DNA of 27,704 bases. Source: Promethearchaeia archaeon (lineage in GTDB: Archaea; Asgardarchaeota; Lokiarchaeia; Sigyniarchaeales; SOKP01). Below the pieces are notes generated by a model. It did not search any database, had not been told where the DNA came from, and saw nothing but the letters and a program-made list of their open reading frames with translations. A program made the translations under genes and the position numbers. The DNA is taken from assembly GCA_029856155.1 (NCBI GenBank), contig JAHQWL010000066.1, positions 1-27,704 of the forward strand, written 5' to 3'. Shown here one piece after another: positions 18,206 to 27,044 of the stretch (position 1 is its first letter; each line of letters begins with the position of its first letter).

Positions 18206-18811
18206 CTATAATAATCCCTTACTTGATGGTGTTCTATCACTCCTTTTTGGATCATATCGAGAAGCATAATCTAAAGTTCTTCCAATTGCTTTAAATATTC
18301 CTTCAGCAATATGATGATTGTTTTTACCAGAAAGGAGTTTTACATGGAGGGTAATTTTTGCTTGAATTGCAAATGTATATAAAAAATGTTCTATTAAATC
18401 AACTGGAATTAAGTTATCTTCTTTAGATCCTAAATATGGATTGACCCAATCTATTTCAGAAGCGAAGAAAGGTCTTGATGAGATATCAATTGCAACAAAA
18501 ATTAAAACATCATCCATTGGAAAAAAACAATGACTTACTCGATTAATACCTATTTTTTTTCCTATAGCTTTTCTAAATGCTTTTCCTAAAAGAATCGCAG
18601 TATCCTCAATCAGATGATGAGTATCTACATTTAGATCTCCCCTTGCTTTTATTTCTAAGTCAAATGAACCATGGACAGCAATTTGAGTTAAAAGGTGATC
18701 AAAAAATCCGAGATCTGTTTGTATATCTGTATTCCCTTTACCATCAATATTTAATTTAATTTTAATATCCGTTTCTTTAGTTTTTCTAGCTAATTCAAAT
18801 CTTCTTCCCAT
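18206..18811 (-). CDS. hisB: Imidazoleglycerol-phosphate dehydratase (monofunctional)
   Basis: RKTKETDI, FFDHLL, GDLNVDTHHLIED, PMDD, GKNNHHIAEGIFKA and PSSKG motifs. Confidence 0.96.
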   Translation of the reverse strand: MGRRFELARKTKETDIKIKLNIDGKGNTDIQTDLGFFDHLLTQIAVHGSFDLEIKARGDLNVDTHHLIEDTAILLGKAFRKAIGKKIGINRVSHCFFPMDDVLIFVAIDISSRPFFASEIDWVNPYLGSKEDNLIPVDLIEHFLYTFAIQAKITLHVKLLSGKNNHHIAEGIFKAIGRTLDYASRYDPKRSDRTPSSKGLL

Positions 18812-18812
18812 T

Positions 18813-19937
18813 CTAATTCACCTCAAAAAATGAATTCATTCCTTCTAGAACTTTATCCATTTGGGATCTTGTACCGATTGAAATTCGAAGACAAGAAGAG
18901 AGTTCAATTTCCTCATATTTCCTGACTTTAATTTTTAAATTCAATAGATGCCGATAAACTGCTCCAGCAGTGTCCGATGAGTTAAATCTTATTAAAAAAA
19001 AAGAACCCGCACTTGGATGAATTAAACAATTTTGATTCAAATTATGAGTTTCAATCAATTTTTTGAAAAATTCATCTCTAGTGTTTTTGATTTTTTCAAT
19101 ATTTTCAAAAACTTTTTTCTGAGATTTAATAAGCTGTGTGCCAAATTTAGAAGCTAATCTATTTACATTGAAGGGGCTCTTTATTTGAAATAATACATTT
19201 TTTATAGATGGATCCATTATTCCATAACCCAATCGTAATCCCGCTAATCCATATGCTTTGCTAAATGTTCTTAAAACGATTAAGTTTCTATATTTACTGA
19301 CTAAATTTACCATAGAGCTTTTATTACTAAATTCTATATATGCCTCATCGATTATTGTTAACTTATTTAGCTTTAACAGCTTTAGTATGAACTTTCTTCT
19401 TGCTATACTTCCATCAGGATTATTTGGCCGTGCTAAAATAATTACCTTTGCGATATTAGCTAATCTTAAGAACTTCTCTTCATCTATATTATAAAGTGCA
19501 ATGCCTTTGGAGTGGTTTAAGCTTAATTTTAAAGATTCTGAAATATATTCTGCTCCATTTATTTGCGAATAAATTTTGTACATGGGAAAACTTGGCGAAA
19601 CACTTAAGATTTTGTCATTTTTTTCGGTATATGATCTAATAACCATATCTAACAATTCATCAGAGCCATTTCCACTCAATAAATATGATTCAGGAATGTT
19701 TAATTTTTCAGAAATGCAATTCAAAAGATTTAAACAAAAAGAATCGGGATATCTTCTTAAATCTTGGAGCAGTTCTGATACTGAGAAATTATCTAAAGGG
19801 GGTAGATATGGATTTTCATTTTTATCCAAACGTATAAAATTCCCATTTGATGAATTATCTATTTTATATGATATTGAATTGTATCTAATTAATTGTTTAA
19901 TTTTTTCAGATGGAAAAATAATATTAGGTTCTTTCAT
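18813..19937 (-). CDS. hisC: Histidinol-phosphate aminotransferase
   Basis: LDKNENP, RYPD, GNGSDE, PNNPDG, IDEAY, RTFSKAYGLAGLRLG and LRISIG motifs. Confidence 0.94.
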   Translation of the reverse strand: MKEPNIIFPSEKIKQLIRYNSISYKIDNSSNGNFIRLDKNENPYLPPLDNFSVSELLQDLRRYPDSFCLNLLNCISEKLNIPESYLLSGNGSDELLDMVIRSYTEKNDKILSVSPSFPMYKIYSQINGAEYISESLKLSLNHSKGIALYNIDEEKFLRLANIAKVIILARPNNPDGSIARRKFILKLLKLNKLTIIDEAYIEFSNKSSMVNLVSKYRNLIVLRTFSKAYGLAGLRLGYGIMDPSIKNVLFQIKSPFNVNRLASKFGTQLIKSQKKVFENIEKIKNTRDEFFKKLIETHNLNQNCLIHPSAGSFFLIRFNSSDTAGAVYRHLLNLKIKVRKYEEIELSSCLRISIGTRSQMDKVLEGMNSFFEVN

Positions 19938-21298
19938 ATTGATCCACTACCATCCTTTTTTTTATAAATATTTCTTTGATTAACCGCATTAGAATGAGCT
20001 GTTAATCCTTCACTTTTACCGAATATTGCAGCAAATTTAGACAAAGATTGAGCAACTTTATCTGATAGATAGACAATATTTATTATTTTAACAAAATCCA
20101 AAACGGACAGAGGAGATGAAAATCGAGCAGAACCATTTGTGGGCATTATATGACTAGGTCCAGCAATATAATCACCTAGCACTTCATAAGAATTCTCACC
20201 AACGAAAATTCCACCCGCATTTTGAATTTTAGAAATTATACTCCAAGGATTTTTTATCATTAAAGATAAATGTTCAGGAGCAAATTTATTTGATATATCT
20301 ATAGATTCTTCAAGAGACTCTGTTAAAATAATACCTCCCTTATATTTTAAAGCAGATTGTATAATCTCTTTTCTTTCAAGCGTTTCAAATTGATTATAAA
20401 GTTCTTTCTGGACTTGTGAAATTAGGGATTCATCATGCGTTAATAAAATAGGAATCGCTAAATAGTCATGTTCCGCTTGAGCTAGGAGATCTGAAGCAAC
20501 AAAAGTAGGATTTGCAAATTCATCAGCTATAATCATTGCTTCTGTGGGACCATAAATACCATCAATCCCTACATCACCATACACTTCTTTTTTTGCCAAA
20601 TTAACAAAAAGATTACCTGCACCTACAATTTTATCTACTCTTGGAACTTGATTTGTTCCATAAGCTAAAGCTGCTATAGCCTGAGCTCCCCCTAACTTAA
20701 AAATCCGAACATTTACATTTAATTTTATTATGAGACTACATGCAGCTAAAATTTCTGGTGCAAGTTCTCCCTGATTATTAGGAGGACTAGTAAAAATGAT
20801 TTCTTTTGTTCCGGCAACAACAGCGGGAATAGCAGACATTAATATTGAAGAAAATAAGGGTGTTTTTCCTCCAGGGATATATATTCCTATCTTTTTAATA
20901 GGTGTAATTATTTGTCCTAAATTTCCGCCAAGATCATATCGAATCCAATTGGTAATCGGTTGTGCTTGGTGAAAAGCTAAAATTCTATCACAAGCAATTT
21001 GCAAGGCTTTTCGTAAATTTGGGTCAATTTGTTTAACATATTTTTCTAAATCATCATCAAATAGCTCGAATTGAGTTAAAACAACTTTTTCTAGTTTATT
21101 GGTCCAATATAATAATGCATCATCTCTTCTCTCTTTCACATCGTTTACAATTGTTTTCACAATTTCATTTGGTGTTAAATTCTTGCCGAAAATATCTTTT
21201 ATTGCGTTTTTAACTGGTACCGGGATATTAGCTGTGAGTATCGAATCTCTTCTAAGAATTGTTTTTCTGGCCTCTCTTATTGTATAAATTCTAATCAT
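19934..21298 (-). CDS. hisD: Histidinol dehydrogenase
   Basis: GIYIPGG, GGAQAIAALAYG, GPTE, DLLAQAEH, APEHL, GDYIAGPSHIMPT and EGLTAH motifs. Confidence 0.97.
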   Translation of the reverse strand: MIRIYTIREARKTILRRDSILTANIPVPVKNAIKDIFGKNLTPNEIVKTIVNDVKERRDDALLYWTNKLEKVVLTQFELFDDDLEKYVKQIDPNLRKALQIACDRILAFHQAQPITNWIRYDLGGNLGQIITPIKKIGIYIPGGKTPLFSSILMSAIPAVVAGTKEIIFTSPPNNQGELAPEILAACSLIIKLNVNVRIFKLGGAQAIAALAYGTNQVPRVDKIVGAGNLFVNLAKKEVYGDVGIDGIYGPTEAMIIADEFANPTFVASDLLAQAEHDYLAIPILLTHDESLISQVQKELYNQFETLERKEIIQSALKYKGGIILTESLEESIDISNKFAPEHLSLMIKNPWSIISKIQNAGGIFVGENSYEVLGDYIAGPSHIMPTNGSARFSSPLSVLDFVKIINIVYLSDKVAQSLSKFAAIFGKSEGLTAHSNAVNQRNIYKKKDGSGSI

Positions 21299-22310
21299 TA
21301 TCTATACCTATTTTTTTTATTAATTCTTTATATCTCAAGGATTCTTCTTCAAAAATGTAAAGAGTTGGAATAACTACAACACCACTCCCTCCAATGGAAC
21401 GTAAATTGTTTATAGCTTGCTTTAAATTACTTTTTTCAACAATAATATGAATTGCATACATTTTTTCACCAGATTGAGTATAAACAGGTGATATTGTAGG
21501 GCCCTGAAGACCTTTAAGTCCCTTTTTTGAAAAGATAGATTTTATTACATTTTCTTTGCTTTGACCTCGCATGTTTACAAAAACTGATACAAATTTTTTT
21601 GCTCTTAAGCTAGCTTCAAAATACTCTATTAATTCTCTTGTAACCTTTAAAACCATCATATCTCTCAAAGCAGTTCGATTACCGATTAACACTGCCTCTG
21701 ATTTCATTATACACCCATTTTTTACTCTTTTTAATCTATTATCCTTTAATGTCTGACCTGTAGATACAAGATCAACAATAATATCGCAATATCCTAACTC
21801 GGGATATACTTCAAGAGAACCATTACCTTCGACCAATTCGTAAGAAATGCCGTTAAACTCTAAAAAATTCTTGGTAAGCTTAGGGAACTTTGTTGCTACT
21901 TTAACTTTTCCTCTATTTCTTTTAATATCTTGTAAAGTATTTTCAATCCATTCATCTGGTACTGCTATTTCAAGACTACAAGTACCAAAATTTAGTGAAT
22001 CAAGAATGACAACTAAACCATTCTCTCCTATTGGAATGTGTTCACAAACCAAATCATTACCAACAATTCCTAATTCTAGAGTTCCATTTAGAACTCCACG
22101 TACAATATCAACTTGTCTTTGATAAACTAATTGAATACTGAGTGGTCTTTGAATATAGTCAGTATATTGTCTATCTTTTCTTGTTAATTTAAATCCACAA
22201 GTCTGCAAAAAATCTTGAGTTTCTACTTCCATTCTTCCTTTCGAAGGAATGGCTAGCCTGATTGGATGTGATTTATAAGTTATTAGTGATTTTTGTAGCT
22301 TATTATTCAT
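21291..22310 (-). CDS. hisG: ATP phosphoribosyltransferase, long form with C-terminal regulatory domain
   Basis: LAIPSKGRM, LGIVGND, VATKFP, GSLE, DLVSTGQTLKDNRL and GLQGPTISPV motifs. The ATG at 22310 overlaps the hisIE stop (ATGA), so it is preferred over 22325. Confidence 0.95.
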   Translation of the reverse strand: MNNKLQKSLITYKSHPIRLAIPSKGRMEVETQDFLQTCGFKLTRKDRQYTDYIQRPLSIQLVYQRQVDIVRGVLNGTLELGIVGNDLVCEHIPIGENGLVVILDSLNFGTCSLEIAVPDEWIENTLQDIKRNRGKVKVATKFPKLTKNFLEFNGISYELVEGNGSLEVYPELGYCDIIVDLVSTGQTLKDNRLKRVKNGCIMKSEAVLIGNRTALRDMMVLKVTRELIEYFEASLRAKKFVSVFVNMRGQSKENVIKSIFSKKGLKGLQGPTISPVYTQSGEKMYAIHIIVEKSNLKQAINNLRSIGGSGVVVIPTLYIFEEESLRYKELIKKIGIDND

Positions 22311-23464
22311 ATATTTCGCCTCCATAGTTCATTAATAACATCATTTGGAAAGATTCCCTTTTCTGCCATTAGGACAAGTAAAAAATAAGTTAAATCAGAA
22401 ATCTCCCAAATTAAATTATCATTATCACTATAATTAATTACCTCATCACTCTCTTCTTGAATTTTGGAAAGTAATAGTTTTAAATTATTAGCCAATTTCT
22501 TTGTATATGATTCTTTTTCAGATGAATTTTGAATACGATCTGAGATGAAATCATAAAGAAAGCCTATTGAAAAGTTTGAATCATTAAAGCAAGAATAGGA
22601 TCCTGTATGACACGCAACATTTTTTTGTTTGACAATAAAAATTAAAGAATCAGCATCACAATCAAAATAAATCCTTCTAAGAATTTGACGACTCCCCGAC
22701 TCTTCCCCCTTTATCCAGATTTTTCTTCGAGATCTACTATAATATGTTGGTTCTTTAGTTTTTATTGTTCTTTTAAGAGTATTCTTTGATGAATAAGCAA
22801 GCATTAAGATCTCCCCATATTCATCTTGTACAATTGTAGGGATTAATCCATCTAATTTCTTAAAATCCAGTGAATTTACTAAAATTTCATCGATTAACGA
22901 TACATCCATACTAAAATCAAAATTTATTAAGATCCCCACTCCTTGTGAAGCAACAGCTAAATAACTGGGATATATCTCATTATAACTAAAAACAACAGGG
23001 ACTTTAATGTTTGATTTAAATATTGAAAGTCTTGATTGGATTTCTTCCCCTGAAATTATGTTATCTTCTAAATCTAAAATAATTCTTGAATAATTATCAA
23101 ATAGATTTAAAGAAATCATTTCATAATTTTTCGATTTTATTAATAGCACTTTCCTCGATTTTGGAATCTGATCTAATTTCTTACCATTTAGATCAGAATT
23201 GAAAACTAACTTTTTTACTCCACTCATCAATAACTTCCCTGAAAAAATAATTGTACTCTGCCGTATTATTACCCACACACTAACATTTTTACAAATATTC
23301 TTGATAAGACCATTCTGAATTATTCTAGAGATTTGGTCCTTATTACCATCTAAAACCAATGTAATAAAAACATCCCAATTTCTTTTTAAGAAAATATTTT
23401 CCAAAAATTCCGAAATTTTACAGAATTTTTCAATATCGCCAATGTTTATATTCAATAATATCAT
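22307..23464 (-). CDS. hisIE: HisI-HisE bifunctional enzyme with a ~195-aa N-terminal extra domain
   Basis: HisI motifs GLIPTIVQD, MLAY, YSRSR..IWIKGEESG, DCDAD, ACHTG..SCF; HisE motifs SYT..L, KIQEESDE, EISDLTYFLLV. Confidence 0.93.
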   Translation of the reverse strand: MILLNINIGDIEKFCKISEFLENIFLKRNWDVFITLVLDGNKDQISRIIQNGLIKNICKNVSVWVIIRQSTIIFSGKLLMSGVKKLVFNSDLNGKKLDQIPKSRKVLLIKSKNYEMISLNLFDNYSRIILDLEDNIISGEEIQSRLSIFKSNIKVPVVFSYNEIYPSYLAVASQGVGILINFDFSMDVSLIDEILVNSLDFKKLDGLIPTIVQDEYGEILMLAYSSKNTLKRTIKTKEPTYYSRSRRKIWIKGEESGSRQILRRIYFDCDADSLIFIVKQKNVACHTGSYSCFNDSNFSIGFLYDFISDRIQNSSEKESYTKKLANNLKLLLSKIQEESDEVINYSDNDNLIWEISDLTYFLLVLMAEKGIFPNDVINELWRRNI

Positions 23465-23528
23465 TTACATAGCCTCAAAATTGAGTTAATATAACTATAA
23501 TGTAGTTCCCAATTATTCTATTATAAAT

Positions 23529-23556
23529 CAAAAGAAATAGTTAATCGAAACTACTT
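23529..23556 (-). terminator. Terminator-like hairpin plus U-rich tract overlapping the leader ORF stop codon
   Basis: AAGUAGUU-UCGAUU-AACUAUUU (8 bp including one G.U) followed by CUUUUG. Confidence 0.45.
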
Positions 23557-23682
23557 ATGTGTTGGAAAATGATGCATGATGTGATTATCTTCAGAAAAAA
23601 AATTCACACCAACATCAAGAAAAGATCTCCAATAAAAATTATTATGAACTGAAAAAGAATTTTTTTTGCTAATCATTTTCAT
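23551..23682 (-). CDS. Putative his operon leader peptide (43 aa)
   Basis: MKMISKKNSFSVHNNFYWRSFLDVGVNFFSEDNHIMHHFPTHK*. It has 5 His, 4 of them in the last 10 codons, is on the same strand as hisIE and ends 86 nt before it. Confidence 0.65.
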   Translation of the reverse strand: MKMISKKNSFSVHNNFYWRSFLDVGVNFFSEDNHIMHHFPTHK

Positions 23683-23842
23683 AACATGTTTTTTGTAGAT
23701 CTTAAAAATAACCTAGGGCTAATGCCCATTATTTATTTAATTAAATAACTTTATTGAATTAGCCTTAAATAGTTTACTGTCACTATAGATAATTGTCAGA
23801 TTAACAGAAGTTTTTAGATATGTAAAAAAAAAGGGATTATTA

Positions 23843-25255
23843 TTATTTTATTAATACTCCCGTTTGATCAAAATTTAGAAATGCACTTATTTTTTGTTTT
23901 AGTGGAAAAACACCCTCTTTCAATAAGGTTACTAAAAAAATAGTAACAAACACAATCGACCCTAAACCTGGGGAAAATCCACTTAAAATATCAACAAAAG
24001 AAGATGTTGGATCCCAAGAGAAAAACGTATATACTAGTGAAATTCCAGCTATTAAAATTGAAATAAAAGATATTATCGCAGCTGCTTTTCTGCTAAGATT
24101 TAAATGTATTGGACCAAGATCAAGTCGGAAATATTTGGGTTGTACTATAATTGATAATATTGTATGACTAATTATTTGTTCTTCGAATTCTACATAAATA
24201 TTTAGAAATCGTCTCTCGTTCTCTTTTTTCTTCTTTTTGTTTTTTTTAGATTTGAGAGGCATAATAGAAAAAATCATTACTGGAGGATTAACCGCATCCT
24301 TCTTAACCTCAACTTTTCCAAAGATTGGATGTACTTCGAAACCTTCTCCAGCAATTTTAAGATCTAAAACTGGAGGTTCTTCCTTAGTTGTCACTATTGT
24401 AAATGACGTCTCATAGATAGTTTTACCCTCCTCATCTACAATCTTCAATTCTTTATGCGAAAAATAAACATAAAACAAATAACTTCGTTGTTCCATCATA
24501 ACTGAATAATATTGAAGACCCATATTAATCTCATATATAGTTGGTTGGGGTTCATCTGGAGTAACTATAGAAGGTTCTAGTTCTGACTTAAGTGGTGGAG
24601 CTCCAGGGCCAGCTAATATATCTGAAGCCGGAAGTGGTGAAGGTGCTGCAGGTGCAGAAGTTTTTGCTGGCGCTCCGCTAGGAGGTGAAGGTGGAGCACT
24701 CCCTCCAGGAGGTGCTGGTGATGGAAATGCTCGTGATTTTTTCTTTGCTTTTGGAGATTCTCTCATTCTATGAGATTCTTCGCTTTTTCTCTCATCTCTT
24801 TTTGTCTTTTTTTCTTCTCTATAATATTCTTCTTTATATTTTACACCATCATCGAAAGAGCTTAATTCTGCAATATCTTCATCATAATAATCCTCTTCTT
24901 CTATCTCATAGACTTCGTCTTTCTTTAATTCCTTATATTCTCGCTTTTTAGGTGGTTCTTCTACTTCCTTCTCTGCTTTCTTTTTTCTTAATAATTTGAG
25001 CTTTTTTAACTTGGTGGTTTCACCTATTCGTGTATTAGTTACAAAATCTATAAAATAAATATCTATACGATTTAATTGAGTATCCCCTAAAGACGCAAAA
25101 ATATCTTCTAAAATTATACTTAGCCTTGTTGATTTCTTATAAATCCCTACAAACATGAAATCTATAATCTCTACCGATAGTACACATGATTTTTTATCAT
25201 AGAATATCTTATTAGTTGGAATTTCAAGACTCGAAATACTTTTCAAAGATTCCAA
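23843..25255 (-). CDS. Hypothetical membrane protein with charged and Pro-rich low-complexity regions and two C-terminal TM helices
   Basis: TTG start with GAGGT SD; K/E/D-rich segment; FPSPAPPGGSAPPSPPSGAP; beta-rich domain; two hydrophobic helices near the C-terminus. Confidence 0.8.
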   Translation of the reverse strand: MESLKSISSLEIPTNKIFYDKKSCVLSVEIIDFMFVGIYKKSTRLSIILEDIFASLGDTQLNRIDIYFIDFVTNTRIGETTKLKKLKLLRKKKAEKEVEEPPKKREYKELKKDEVYEIEEEDYYDEDIAELSSFDDGVKYKEEYYREEKKTKRDERKSEESHRMRESPKAKKKSRAFPSPAPPGGSAPPSPPSGAPAKTSAPAAPSPLPASDILAGPGAPPLKSELEPSIVTPDEPQPTIYEINMGLQYYSVMMEQRSYLFYVYFSHKELKIVDEEGKTIYETSFTIVTTKEEPPVLDLKIAGEGFEVHPIFGKVEVKKDAVNPPVMIFSIMPLKSKKNKKKKKENERRFLNIYVEFEEQIISHTILSIIVQPKYFRLDLGPIHLNLSRKAAAIISFISILIAGISLVYTFFSWDPTSSFVDILSGFSPGLGSIVFVTIFLVTLLKEGVFPLKQKISAFLNFDQTGVLIK

Positions 25256-25481
25256 TTTCTAACTTACCTCTTTTTTCATTTAGTTAAGTGGTATTTAATT
25301 TTTAATAATTAATGAATTAACTTTTTATAAGTTTTTATAATGATATTATACCTAATATAGTTATCAACTTCTTAATATTGAACAATAAACGTTGATTCGA
25401 AATAAGTTACCTAAAAAATTTTTAAATTTATTAATAATTGAAACAAAGTACAAATAAATAACAAAAAATAATGTGATAATT

Positions 25482-27044
25482 TTGCAAGGAAAATATATTC
25501 TCACACATGATTTAGGAACTTCTGGGAATAAGGCAGCTTTATTTGATTTAAATTTAGAACTTATATCTCAGACAAAGGAAGATTATCCTTTATCTTATCC
25601 ACAACCTGGATGGGCAGAACAAAATCCAGAAAATTATTGGGATGCCGTGAAAAAAGCAACTAATACATTAATTCAACAGAGTAATATAAATCCCGATGAG
25701 ATCTCAACAATAGTCTTCGATTGCCAAATGAATTGCACTATTCCTATAGATAAAGAAGGCAATCCTTTAATGAACAGTATTAGCTGGTTGGACACTCGAG
25801 CAGCTCCATTAACTCGAAAATTTTCAAAAGGATTAATAAAAATCTCTGGTTATGGATTAAAAAATATACTAATGTTTCTCAAAATCACAGGAGGGGCGCC
25901 TGGATTTAATGGTAAAGATCCAATTTCTCATATTTTATGGTTGAAAGAAAATAAACCAGAAATTTATGAAAAAACATATAAATTTCTAAGTGTGAAGGAT
26001 TTTATTATTTATCGATGCACCAAAAAAGCTGTTACTTCAAGAGATTTAGGTCATACATCTTGGATGATGAATAGTAATCCAGGTGTCTTTGAATGGTCTG
26101 ATAAAATTTTAAAAAAATTTAAAATTGATGTAAATAAATTACCTGAAATAAGAAAATCTACCGATTTAGCGGGAGAATTGACAATTGAAGCTTCAAAAGA
26201 ATTGAATTTGAAATCTGGAACTCCAGTGTTTGTAAGTTCAGGTGATTTAACTTCTGCTGCTTTAGGGTCTGGCGCAATTCTAGATAATAAACTAATTATA
26301 TGTTTAGGAACAGCAGATTGGGTGGCTGCTCATACTTCTAAAAGATTGAAAGATATCGCTCATTACGCTGGCAGTATAAGTTCTTCTCAAGAAAATTATT
26401 TATGTATTTCAAAGCAAGAAACAGGTGCTACATGTTTAGACTGGGCGGTACAACATATGTTTAGAAGCGAGTTGGAAAGATTTAAAGGAAACACAAAAGA
26501 ATTATATTTACATTTAGATTCGATTGTAGAAAAAGCTGAAGTTGGTTCTAAAAATCTCATTTTTACGCCATGGATGTTTGGGGAAAGGAGCCCAATAAAT
26601 GATCCAAATGTTAGAGGGGGGTTCTATAATCTAAGTCTTGAACATACGAGAGATAATATTTTAAGGTCGATTTATGAGGGAGTTGCTTTTAATATTAAAT
26701 GGTCTTTAATCACTATAGAAAAATTAGTAGGCAAATCTGAAGAAATTAATTGCATTGGTGGGGGAGCAAAATCTGATGTCTGGTGCCAGATTCTAGCAGA
26801 CGTACTTAAGCGAAAAATAGTTCAGATGGAAAATCCCGATTTAGCTGCTGCAAAAGGATCGGCAATAATCTCTATCGTTGGACTAAGGCTTTTAAGTAAA
26901 TTTTCAGATGCTACACCGATGATTAAAATCAAAAAAGTCTTTGTACCTAATACAGAAAATGAAGAAATTTATAATAGACTCTTTAATGAATATGTAAATA
27001 TCTATAAAAGAAATAAAAAAATGTTTAAAGCTCTAAATCCCTAA
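25482..27044 (+). CDS. FGGY-family carbohydrate kinase (xylulokinase-like)
   Basis: HDLGTSGNKA, GWAEQNP, WLDTRA, GERSP..D..RGGF, EGVAF and GGGAKSDVWCQILAD motifs. TTG at 25482 is preferred because the GTGA at 25473 looks like the SD. Confidence 0.9.
   Translation: MQGKYILTHDLGTSGNKAALFDLNLELISQTKEDYPLSYPQPGWAEQNPENYWDAVKKATNTLIQQSNINPDEISTIVFDCQMNCTIPIDKEGNPLMNSISWLDTRAAPLTRKFSKGLIKISGYGLKNILMFLKITGGAPGFNGKDPISHILWLKENKPEIYEKTYKFLSVKDFIIYRCTKKAVTSRDLGHTSWMMNSNPGVFEWSDKILKKFKIDVNKLPEIRKSTDLAGELTIEASKELNLKSGTPVFVSSGDLTSAALGSGAILDNKLIICLGTADWVAAHTSKRLKDIAHYAGSISSSQENYLCISKQETGATCLDWAVQHMFRSELERFKGNTKELYLHLDSIVEKAEVGSKNLIFTPWMFGERSPINDPNVRGGFYNLSLEHTRDNILRSIYEGVAFNIKWSLITIEKLVGKSEEINCIGGGAKSDVWCQILADVLKRKIVQMENPDLAAAKGSAIISIVGLRLLSKFSDATPMIKIKKVFVPNTENEEIYNRLFNEYVNIYKRNKKMFKALNP

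Noticed and set aside
18202-18267. Long N-terminal extension of HisH in the ORF track
   Set aside because: It overlaps the hisB 3' end, and homology starts at IIIVDYG
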